The position numbers and the translations under genes were made by a program. Positions 55,891 to 64,000 of a stretch of 64,000 nt of DNA are shown in pieces (position 1 is the first letter of the stretch; each line of letters opens with the position of its first letter). The notes beneath the pieces were generated by a model. That model did no database searches and was not told the DNA's origin. It saw nothing but the letters and a program-made list of their open reading frames with translations. The DNA is from Methanomicrobiales archaeon (GTDB taxonomy: Archaea; Halobacteriota; Methanomicrobia; Methanomicrobiales; Methanospirillaceae), in the NCBI GenBank assembly GCA_037137755.1, contig JBAXJR010000007.1:1-64000 (forward strand). Direction: 5' to 3'.

Positions 55891-56583
55891 ATGAAAGTAT
55901 CACGTTCTCTTCTGAATAAGATAGACTTATTAATTGTTTTCATCTTCGAGTTGCTATTTCTCGGCCTTGCTCTATGGGCGGTCGAGATTGGTGATATGGG
56001 GCGGTTTTTTACCGTACTTGCCTCCATGGTGATAATCCTTGTTCCCTTAGCTGTTGAAAAAGTGTTAAAAATAGTCCTGCCATTCGGGGTGAAAAGTATC
56101 ATTTCTATGTCGCTCTTCCTCCATATCGCCGGGGGAGTCATGCGATGGTACTGGTCGCCAACGTTTCCTCTTTATAACCAGGTCGCCCATTTTGTCTCTG
56201 GATTGGCAGTTGGCCTGATAATTTTCGTGTTTTTTATATTCCTCGACGCTTATGGCATCAGGTTTAAACGCTCAACTATCCTTATTTCGATATTCCTCCT
56301 GATGGCATTCTTCGGTGGATTGTGGAAAATCGGGGAGGTATCCTCTGATGTTTTTTACCACACCTACTATAATGACGGGCTCTCCAACCTGATAGCGTGC
56401 GATTTCAGCCATACCATTGGATCAATAGCAGCCGTAACCGTTTCCTGGCTGTATTTTCTCTCCATTCCTGAAGGTGAAGGCCTTTATTACCTGTTAAGAC
56501 CTTTTAAGGAGAGAAAGAAGATTTTAGATAGATCAAAAAACGGGTCGAAAACGCAGAGCCACACCATCCCTGATGGGAAATAA
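55891..56583 (+). CDS. Multi-pass membrane protein
   Basis: About 6 TM segments; LH..G...WY...Y.QVAHFVSG motif. Confidence 0.7.
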   Translation: MKVSRSLLNKIDLLIVFIFELLFLGLALWAVEIGDMGRFFTVLASMVIILVPLAVEKVLKIVLPFGVKSIISMSLFLHIAGGVMRWYWSPTFPLYNQVAHFVSGLAVGLIIFVFFIFLDAYGIRFKRSTILISIFLLMAFFGGLWKIGEVSSDVFYHTYYNDGLSNLIACDFSHTIGSIAAVTVSWLYFLSIPEGEGLYYLLRPFKERKKILDRSKNGSKTQSHTIPDGK

Positions 56584-56652
56584 TCTCTTAATCTAACGTT
56601 AGTAGAAAAAATCAAATAACATATCTGCGTGTACTCGCAGAAGGTTTTGATC

Positions 56653-57411
56653 ATGACGATAACTATTGAGCCTGTTAACGGACTTCCCCTGATCCATGAG
56701 GGAGATGACCTGCCTGCAATGATTGCAGAACGAATCGGTATCCGGGATGGTGATATCCTCTGCATTGCATCATCGGTTTACTCAAAATCGAAAGGGTATA
56801 CCCGCAGGCTTAATGATATTACACCAACGGAACGAGCGATCAGGATTGGGAAGATGACAGGGGAAGACCCCCGTTTTCTCCAGGGTGTGCTTGATGCATC
56901 AACTGATATCCTCCTTGAATACCCGTTCATCCTCTCTGAGGTCGCTGGTGGACATATCGGCGTACGTGCCGGGGTCGACCAGAGTAACATTGATGACGGG
57001 ATGATCATTCTCCTCCCTCCCGACTCGATGAAGGCTGCAACAGCGGTAAGAGATCGTATTAAGGTGCTCAATGGCTGTGATATCGGGGTTATCATTACCG
57101 ATACGGTGGGAAGGGCCTTCAGACGCGGGCAGACCGGAAACGCGATTGGTTGGAGCGGTATGTCTGCAATACGCGACTTCCGGGGTGATACCGACCTCTT
57201 CGGACACGTTCTGAAGATCACGGAAGAGGCCGTCGTTGACGAGATTGCCGGGTTTGCGAACTTTATCATGGGTGAGAGTAACAACGGCGTTCCGGCGGTT
57301 GTCTTCCGGGGATGTGAAAAATGGAAGGGGCATGATGATCTCTTCTACCATGCTGATGAGGATATTATCCGGAAATCATTATGCTCAGGGGAACCCCCTG
57401 CTCAAAGGTGA
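56653..57411 (+). CDS. cofE: Coenzyme F420:L-glutamate ligase
   Basis: LPLIHEGDDL, AGVDQSN, ITDTVGRAFRRG, D.RG.TDLFG, DEIA. Confidence 0.92.
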   Translation: MTITIEPVNGLPLIHEGDDLPAMIAERIGIRDGDILCIASSVYSKSKGYTRRLNDITPTERAIRIGKMTGEDPRFLQGVLDASTDILLEYPFILSEVAGGHIGVRAGVDQSNIDDGMIILLPPDSMKAATAVRDRIKVLNGCDIGVIITDTVGRAFRRGQTGNAIGWSGMSAIRDFRGDTDLFGHVLKITEEAVVDEIAGFANFIMGESNNGVPAVVFRGCEKWKGHDDLFYHADEDIIRKSLCSGEPPAQR

Positions 57412-57687
57412 TGCCGGATTTATATCCTGAATCATCACATTTTTGATGAATAATCATTTTTCAACCTACCTGCTTTTTTTTGTGAATGGTATTTTCTGGA
57501 GCAGGGAAAAATTCTTTTCAGCAGTCATTCCGGGTATATTCAAACACCTTCGCCGAATACTGGCAGGAGCGGGGAATTCAAAGACAATATGCCGCATTTT
57601 GTAACACCCTGCAAAGAGCTTGGTCAATTCGGTAATCTTCATTTACTAGTATGACATATGTTAACAATTGACACGGTGGGATTGCAG

Positions 57688-58416
57688 ATGCTTGTCGCAC
57701 ATCAGGTAAAGAAAAAGTTCGGGGGCCTTGTTGCGGTGCAGGATGTAGACCTGACCCTTCACGAAGGAGAAATACTTGGGCTTGTAGGTCCCAATGGAGC
57801 GGGAAAGACAACACTCCTCAATATCATATCCGGCCTCTACCAGCCTGACAACGGTACTATTCATTATAAGGGCGAGAATATCACCGGCCTTTCACTGAAC
57901 AAGCTCTGCAAGAAGGGAATAGCCAAGACCTTCCAGCACCCCCAGTCCTTTCCAGGCATGCTGGCAGCTGAAGCGGTAATGGTCAGTGCAATATTTGGTA
58001 ACCATCACAAGGTCGGTATGAAGGATGCCCGAGAGGAGGCAATAGGCCACCTCGAATTTGTAGGTTTTCCAAAGGACAAGATCGATGCACCACTTTCCCA
58101 GCTTAACCTCATGGAGTTGAAGCGTATCCAGCTGGCCCGGGCCCTTGCTTCCAGGCCAAAACTCCTTCTCATGGACGAACTCACCACCGGGCTTAACCCG
58201 AACGAGAGCGGTGAAGCCATCAGCCTGATAAAAAAGATCCGGGACGACGGGACAACCATTATGCTGATAGAGCATGTAATGAGAGTCATTACCGGTGTTT
58301 CCGACCGCATCGTGGTGCTGGACCACGGTGAAAAAATTGCGGAAGGCACACCCCTCGATGTCCTCAATGACCAGCGGGTAATAGATTCATACCTTGGCGA
58401 AAAATATACTACCTAG
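57688..58416 (+). CDS. livG: Branched-chain amino acid-type ABC ATPase (LivG-like)
   Basis: FGGLVAV, GPNGAGKTT, LIEHVM, IAEGTP..V..SYLG. Confidence 0.88.
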   Translation: MLVAHQVKKKFGGLVAVQDVDLTLHEGEILGLVGPNGAGKTTLLNIISGLYQPDNGTIHYKGENITGLSLNKLCKKGIAKTFQHPQSFPGMLAAEAVMVSAIFGNHHKVGMKDAREEAIGHLEFVGFPKDKIDAPLSQLNLMELKRIQLARALASRPKLLLMDELTTGLNPNESGEAISLIKKIRDDGTTIMLIEHVMRVITGVSDRIVVLDHGEKIAEGTPLDVLNDQRVIDSYLGEKYTT

Positions 58417-58426
58417 AGGTCAATTT

Positions 58427-59122
58427 TTGCTCAGGATAGAACATCTGGATGTCTGCCACGGTAACCTGCACGTGGTCTGGGACCTGTCACTTGCGGTCCG
58501 GAAAGGTGAGATCGTTACGCTCCTTGGACCAAACGGTGCAGGAAAAACAACATTTGTCGAGACAATCATGGGGCTTAACCGGAGTGCCCGGGGTTCCATA
58601 CAGTTTGAAGACCAGGAGATCCTGGGACTACAGACCTACGAGATCGTCAAGAGAGGTATTGCACTCGTTCCGGAAAAAAGAGAACTCTTCCCAAAAATGT
58701 CAGTCCGGGAGAACCTGAGCCTTGGTGGTCACCTGAAAGTGCGTGGTACGAGCAATCCAGAAACAGTACTTGACATGTTCCCGGTCCTCAAGGAAAGGCA
58801 GGACCAGCTTGCCGGTACATTATCCGGGGGCGAGCAACAGATGCTGGCAATTGGCCGAAGCCTGATGTTAAACCCGAAATTGCTGGTACTTGATGAACCC
58901 TCACTTGGTCTTTCCCCGCTGTTTGTAAAAAGTGTGCTGGAATCGGTAGCAAAACTCAATGAATCAGGCCTTTCTATCCTGCTCCTTGAACAAAACGTAA
59001 TGCATGCCCTCGAAATTTCGCACCGTGGATATGTCCTCGAGAACGGAAGGATCACGATCCAGGGAACTGCACAGGAGCTCCTCGATAACCAGGAGATACA
59101 GGCATGCTATCTGGGGCTTTGA
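58427..59122 (+). CDS. livF: Branched-chain amino acid-type ABC ATPase (LivF-like)
   Basis: GPNGAGKTT, AGTLSGGEQQMLAIGR, DEPSLGL, EQN; TTG start after GAGGT. Confidence 0.88.
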   Translation: MLRIEHLDVCHGNLHVVWDLSLAVRKGEIVTLLGPNGAGKTTFVETIMGLNRSARGSIQFEDQEILGLQTYEIVKRGIALVPEKRELFPKMSVRENLSLGGHLKVRGTSNPETVLDMFPVLKERQDQLAGTLSGGEQQMLAIGRSLMLNPKLLVLDEPSLGLSPLFVKSVLESVAKLNESGLSILLLEQNVMHALEISHRGYVLENGRITIQGTAQELLDNQEIQACYLGL

Positions 59123-59225
59123 AGGACAGGATAAGAAAAACAGGTTAATTAAAATTTAAGGACCGTGAGTATTTCCAGCTTGATGTAATCTCCCGTGCCG
59201 CCACCTTTCAGTATTTTAGGAAAAA

Positions 59226-60209
59226 TTATTTTTGAAGAAGTTTATTGAACCGTGCCCTCCATACGGGCGCCCTTTTCTTGATAACTTCCGGAAGGGAGAC
59301 CAGTCCGCGTGGCAGGAATATTACAACGAGGACGAGGATAACACCGATAATGATGAACCTGCCATAGGTAAGACCGAGCGACTGGAGGCCATCCCACAGG
59401 AGCGTAATCACAATTGTCCCGATGATCGGCCCCGCGAGTGTACCGAGCCCGCCACTTATGGAATAAATAATCGGCCAGAACGAGATATCAACGCCAAATA
59501 TTTCGGGTGTGACATAACCGAGATAGTGGATTTCCAATGCACCTGCAAGGCCGGCAAAATATGCACTTACCATGAATGCGAACAATTTGTACCTGACCGG
59601 ATCAATCCCCGATGCACGGGCTTCCAGTTCATTTTCCCGGATCGCAGAAAATGCAAGGCCTATTTTGGAATTTAAAATTGTCCTGAACAGGAGTATAACA
59701 ACCACTGCGATAAGCAGGATGGAATAATACTCGTACACGAGGTAGTTCGGCACCGTATTGCTGATCAGTGGCGGTGCTGCAACACCATCCCAACCCCCGG
59801 TGACAGAACTGAACTGGCTTGCCACCAGTACCTGGATAATAACGGCAAACCCGAACGTGACCATGGCGAGGAACCATTCCTTCATCCGCACACAGATCGC
59901 TCCAATAAAAAGCCCGGCTAAGGCCGCAGCTGCCCCCCCGATAAAAATTGTCAGGTATGGAGTGAGGCCGCTTTTCACCGCGATCAGGGTAGAGATGTAC
60001 CCTCCAATCCCGAAGAACGCAGCATGCCCAAGAGATCCCTGGCCGCTATAGGTAAGGAAGTTCCAGGCGGAGGCAAAGATGATAAAAATGACCATCAGGA
60101 TAAGAACGGTCAAGTAATACATGTTCAGCCCGGTGAAAAGGGGAAAAAGGATCGCAAAAGCAAGCGTAGCAATGGTGAGGTACAGGACAACACGGTTCTT
60201 TTCCATCAT
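59226..60209 (-). CDS. livM: ABC permease (LivM-like)
   Basis: GQGSLGHAAFFGIGGY, TGGWDG, AIRENE, GGLGT..GP. Confidence 0.88.
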   Translation of the reverse strand: MMEKNRVVLYLTIATLAFAILFPLFTGLNMYYLTVLILMVIFIIFASAWNFLTYSGQGSLGHAAFFGIGGYISTLIAVKSGLTPYLTIFIGGAAAALAGLFIGAICVRMKEWFLAMVTFGFAVIIQVLVASQFSSVTGGWDGVAAPPLISNTVPNYLVYEYYSILLIAVVVILLFRTILNSKIGLAFSAIRENELEARASGIDPVRYKLFAFMVSAYFAGLAGALEIHYLGYVTPEIFGVDISFWPIIYSISGGLGTLAGPIIGTIVITLLWDGLQSLGLTYGRFIIIGVILVLVVIFLPRGLVSLPEVIKKRAPVWRARFNKLLQK

Positions 60210-60215
60210 ATCTCT

Positions 60216-61097
60216 TCACTCCGCCTTTTCTCCGAACAGCCCGTTCGGCTTGATTATGAGAACTATTATTAAAATGAGGAATGCAACCGCGTCCTTCCAG
60301 GCACCCCCGATCGTTAAAACGGTGAAATTTTCAGCAATCCCCAGGATAAGACCCCCGATGATCGCACCGGGAATGCTCCCGAGTCCTCCGATAATTACAA
60401 TGGCGAAGGCCTTGACCGCAGGCACAGAGCCCATGTACGGGTTGAACACCTGGCCGCTGACCACCCAGAGTGTCCCTGCCGCCCCGGCAAGCCCGGCCCC
60501 GATACCAAAACTCAGCATGTCCATCCGTTCGACGTTGATCCCCACCAGCATTGCTGCCTTCCGGTTCTGGCTGGTCGCACGGACTGCCAGACCGAGCCGT
60601 GATTTCTTCAGGAATATGTAGAGTCCTACAAGGATCAACACCGTCGTGACAATGATAATGAGATAATCCACGGGGATTTTCATACTCCCGATCGTAACCG
60701 TAATCTCTTCGAACGGGCTCCGGATGGTTTTCCATTCATCAGTCCATATCATGGCAGCCACATTTTCGAGAATATATATAAGGCCGATACTGATGAATAT
60801 CTCGTTTAATTTCCCCGTTCCAAGAATAGGACGGAAACATAGCCGCTCTATGCACACACCGATTACGATCAGGATGGGGATTGATGCCGCCAGCAGGACA
60901 TAGGGATTGAAACCCGTGAGAACAAAGAAAGAAAAGGTCACATACGCCCCGATCATGAGCAACTGGCCATGGGCAAAGTTTACGACTTTCATTACACCGA
61001 AAATCAGGTTGAGACCTGTTGCGAGAAGGATATAGATGCATCCGGCATATAACCCCCATACCAAAACCTGCAGGAAGATATCAAGGCCGATTTCCAT
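60216..61097 (-). CDS. livH: ABC permease (LivH-like)
   Basis: GLNLIFGVMKVVNFAHG, G.AVRA..QN, IIGGLGS. Confidence 0.88.
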   Translation of the reverse strand: MEIGLDIFLQVLVWGLYAGCIYILLATGLNLIFGVMKVVNFAHGQLLMIGAYVTFSFFVLTGFNPYVLLAASIPILIVIGVCIERLCFRPILGTGKLNEIFISIGLIYILENVAAMIWTDEWKTIRSPFEEITVTIGSMKIPVDYLIIIVTTVLILVGLYIFLKKSRLGLAVRATSQNRKAAMLVGINVERMDMLSFGIGAGLAGAAGTLWVVSGQVFNPYMGSVPAVKAFAIVIIGGLGSIPGAIIGGLILGIAENFTVLTIGGAWKDAVAFLILIIVLIIKPNGLFGEKAE

Positions 61098-61145
61098 TTC
61101 TCATTCCCTCCGGGGGTACTATAAAAAAATTGGTGTTACAAGGGA

Positions 61146-62465
61146 TTATGCTTTACCCGGGACATACCAGTCAGGGAGCACAAAGTCACTTTCTTTTAGG
61201 TTAGCTGGTGAGACGATCTTCGGTCTCGTTTCATTTACCGCCGGATCCCATGCCAGTTGCTCCATGGTAAGATCGAATTTACTTTCCCTGAAATCTTTTG
61301 AGAAACTGATTGTCTGGCCCTGCATCGCCTCGACTACCTGGGGCATCTGCAGGTCTGCAATCGCATTCTTAACGGCAGTTTTATTCAATGAACCAGCATT
61401 TTCGACCGCCTTCGCACCAATATAAACCCCTTCGTAGGTCGCTACACCCATCATTCCTGGGAACCCGCCGAATTTCTTATCGAAATCTGAAACGAATTTT
61501 TTGTATGCGGCTTCGGTCGGCCCTTTTGGAACAGTATATGGGCTGAAACGGCTCTGTATTATCGAGTAGTCCCCGTATTTCCCGACACCCTTATAGAAAT
61601 CGGGGTCATCATTCGGCTCAATGGCGATAAAGATCTTTTTGAGGTCAACATCTCTCATCGCCTGTGTCTCGATGGGGATCTGTTCGTTTAAGAATGCTGC
61701 GACGTAGACGACATCGGGGTCAGATCCCTTGATGCTTGTCAACGCTGTCCTGAAGTCACTCTCACCCATTTTAAATGTCTCCTGTGAGACAAGGTTGATT
61801 TTCAGACTATTATTGGCGATCGTGTTCTTTACTGCTTCAAGATGGCCTTTTCCATACGGACTGTCCTGGTAGAGCACAGCAAGCTTCAGTGGCCGGTCCT
61901 GCGGGTACCCGAATTTTGCATTGATAGCCGGACGGATGACCGTATCGATAAATAACGTGGTCTGGCTCCCGGAATCATCAGTTGTCGGCGCGTGGTGGAA
62001 CATGTAACTTGTATTCACATCAGTCCTGCGAGTGATGACAGGGGTTGAAGCCCCGGTAATAATATAGGGCACATTATGCTCGGCAACAATTGACTGGTGG
62101 GCCGAAACAACGGCACTCGAGAATCCCCCGACCAGCATGTCGACATTATCCTGGGTAAGCATCCTTGATACTGCCTTCTGGCCGCCTTCCCGGGTTGATT
62201 CATCATCGCCCTGCACCAGCACGATCGGGACACTTTTACCGAGATCTTTTACATAAACCCCGCCTTTGGCGTTGATCTCCTCGGCTGCAAGCTGTGCGGA
62301 TTGCCAGACATCTTTTCCGGTAGTACTTGACGGTCCGGTCAATGACGCCACAACACCAATCTTAAGATTCTGGGCTGGTGCCGTCGGTGCCTGCTGGGTG
62401 CAACCTGCAAGGAATGCACCAATTACGACCATTCCAATCAATAAGAACACATATGTTTGTTTCAT
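61146..62465 (-). CDS. ABC substrate-binding lipoprotein (LivJ/K family)
   Basis: LAGC lipobox, KIGVVASLTG, AAEEINAKGG. Confidence 0.88.
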   Translation of the reverse strand: MKQTYVFLLIGMVVIGAFLAGCTQQAPTAPAQNLKIGVVASLTGPSSTTGKDVWQSAQLAAEEINAKGGVYVKDLGKSVPIVLVQGDDESTREGGQKAVSRMLTQDNVDMLVGGFSSAVVSAHQSIVAEHNVPYIITGASTPVITRRTDVNTSYMFHHAPTTDDSGSQTTLFIDTVIRPAINAKFGYPQDRPLKLAVLYQDSPYGKGHLEAVKNTIANNSLKINLVSQETFKMGESDFRTALTSIKGSDPDVVYVAAFLNEQIPIETQAMRDVDLKKIFIAIEPNDDPDFYKGVGKYGDYSIIQSRFSPYTVPKGPTEAAYKKFVSDFDKKFGGFPGMMGVATYEGVYIGAKAVENAGSLNKTAVKNAIADLQMPQVVEAMQGQTISFSKDFRESKFDLTMEQLAWDPAVNETRPKIVSPANLKESDFVLPDWYVPGKA

Positions 62466-62654
62466 TTAGTATCCTCTGCCATGCTATTGCATAGCAAGGT
62501 TCGTCATGTCATAGTATAAATATTCCCATTTATGGTTCAGACCAAAAACTGAAGAAGGGTGATGTAAAAACCTGAATTGCATGGAAAAAAAGCTGGTGAA
62601 TTTTTATAACGATGTACAAATCCCAATAATTGCCTTTCAAAAAAAGGGGAGATT

Positions 62655-63004
62655 TCAGGATTTTCCAAAATATGCTTTTACCTGTGGCTGGAACAGGTAG
62701 TAAAGGATGATCGCCGCGATAATAATCCCGAACAGTGCACCTGCCCCTGCCGAGAACAGGTTAAAAATGCCAATGATGATACTAACCGCTGAAAATATAA
62801 CCTCGACCGTGCAGACCCAGGGCCATGCCATGAAACATCCACCCCCAGGGATAAGGTAGACGACACCGACGATGAAAGCAACGATTCCAATGGCGGCACC
62901 GAAGCCGGCGACGCTCAGGGTGGCCCCGCTTATGAAATCGCTAACCTTTCCCCTATAATCCAGAGGATTCCAATAATTGTTACTCCTAATGGCCTTTCTG
63001 ACAT
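62655..63004 (-). pseudogene. Frameshifted small membrane protein
   Basis: MSERPLGVTIIGILWI in one frame and hydrophobic ...IILYYLFQPQVKAYFGKS* in another; span 350 nt. Confidence 0.65.
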
Positions 63005-63139
63005 ACTATTCCATTCATCGGAACATACTCATGTGTTGTTATTCAAGAGAAACGAAAATTATTGAATTATTGGTAAAGTTAAAGGATCCTACCCCCACAC
63101 TCGACGTTTAGGTTTGAAATAGCTCTCAAGTCAATAATT

Positions 63140-63153
63140 GTAACAATTGTGAA
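63140..63153. promoter_or_regulatory. Operator copy (reverse complement TTCACAATTGTTAC) upstream of cysteine desulfurase
   Basis: GTAACAATTGTGAA is the exact reverse complement of the 4721-4734 copy. Confidence 0.75.
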
Positions 63154-63224
63154 CATTTTTATCTCCTGCACTTCTTATGAATACTGGAATTACCGGGTAG
63201 TCCCGTTTTCAAGGGTGACAATAC

Positions 63225-64000
63225 ATGTATGATCTTCAAAAATTACGCAAGGAATTTCCAATACTTTCAAAATGTATCTATCTCGACAGCGCCTCAACAA
63301 GCCAGACGCCCCGGTGTTCTGTCGATGCGATGTGTGAATATTTCTATGAATACGCGGCGAATCACGGGAGAGGTGCCCATCACCTCGCCCGGAAGACAAC
63401 GGAAAAGTACGAAGAGACCAGGTCCCGGCTTGGAAATTTTCTGAAGGTCTCCCCGGACCACCTGATTTTTACTAAGAATACCACTGACGCAGTAAATACG
63501 GTTGCAAACGGGCTCACGTGGAAACGAGGTGACGAAATAATCACCACGTGGCTGGAACACCATTCGAACCTTCTTCCCTGGATGAACCTTAAGAAAAAAG
63601 GTGTCCGTGTTAAGATAATCCCGCATGAGGATGGATATCTCAATCCCCTGACTATCCAGGAAGCAATTACCGGAAAAACGAGACTGATCGCTGTCACCCA
63701 TATGCCCAATATTCTCGGGACTGCCCAACCCGTAGAGGCAATAGGCAGCATCGCCCACGAAGCAGGGGTGCCAATTGTCGTAGATGGAGCACAGTCGGTG
63801 GGGCATTTCCCTGTCGATGTGACCGATATCGATTACCTGGCAATTCCCGGGCATAAAGGACTTCTCGGGCCGCAGGGCACAGGAGCCCTCTATATGAAAG
63901 ATCCCGAGTCCCTGAATTGTTCGATCTTCGGGGGTGGGATGGTGGTATCCGTATCACATAACACTGTGAAATTACTCCCTCCTCCTGCAAAATTTGAACC
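63225..64000 (+). CDS. SufS-like cysteine desulfurase, 3' end outside window
   Basis: Manual translation: MYDLQKLRKEFPIL..YLDSASTSQ..FTKNTT..EHHSNLLPW..VDGAQS..PGHKGLLGPQGTG; SD GGGTGA. Confidence 0.9.
   Translation, partial: MYDLQKLRKEFPILSKCIYLDSASTSQTPRCSVDAMCEYFYEYAANHGRGAHHLARKTTEKYEETRSRLGNFLKVSPDHLIFTKNTTDAVNTVANGLTWKRGDEIITTWLEHHSNLLPWMNLKKKGVRVKIIPHEDGYLNPLTIQEAITGKTRLIAVTHMPNILGTAQPVEAIGSIAHEAGVPIVVDGAQSVGHFPVDVTDIDYLAIPGHKGLLGPQGTGALYMKDPESLNCSIFGGGMVVSVSHNTVKLLPPPAKFE

Noticed and set aside
59408-59420. TCACAATTGT core inside livM
   Set aside because: Within a coding sequence and with non-matching flanks; probably chance
63229-63990. ORF-track entries at the right edge
   Set aside because: Off-frame or antisense to the cysteine desulfurase starting at 63225

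Overview
Archaeal methanogen chromosome, probably Methanomicrobiales (inferred from gene content). Positions 1-12 kb are a cysteine/sulfur island: cysK, tRNA-Cys with cysS, a DUF6803-like protein, a small HTH regulator, a second tRNA-Cys with SepCysS (SepCysE-like N-domain), then metY-metX-ThrRS editing domain-DUF1890-DUF1894-thiI. Next come the methanogenesis marker cluster (atwA, mmp3/6/5/15/17/7), R15P isomerase with form III RuBisCO, housekeeping genes, archaeal mevalonate genes, PolD large subunit with a mini-intein, a tRNA-Leu att-like remnant, katG, a liv-type ABC system and a SufS-like desulfurase. The most interesting signal is a candidate cysteine-sensing regulon. A 14-bp palindrome (TTCACAATTGTGAA consensus) recurs 6 times at promoters of sulfur genes and their neighbours. 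The local HTH regulator lacks an in-frame start and is preceded by a strong-SD mini-ORF, MRDRFCCKSNQQ*, with a UUU-UGU-UGU +1 slippery, Cys-hungry site. Also notable are a G73/A37 tRNA-Cys next to cysS and several apparent non-canonical (ACG/CTG) starts. Family calls come from motif recognition only; no searches were run.
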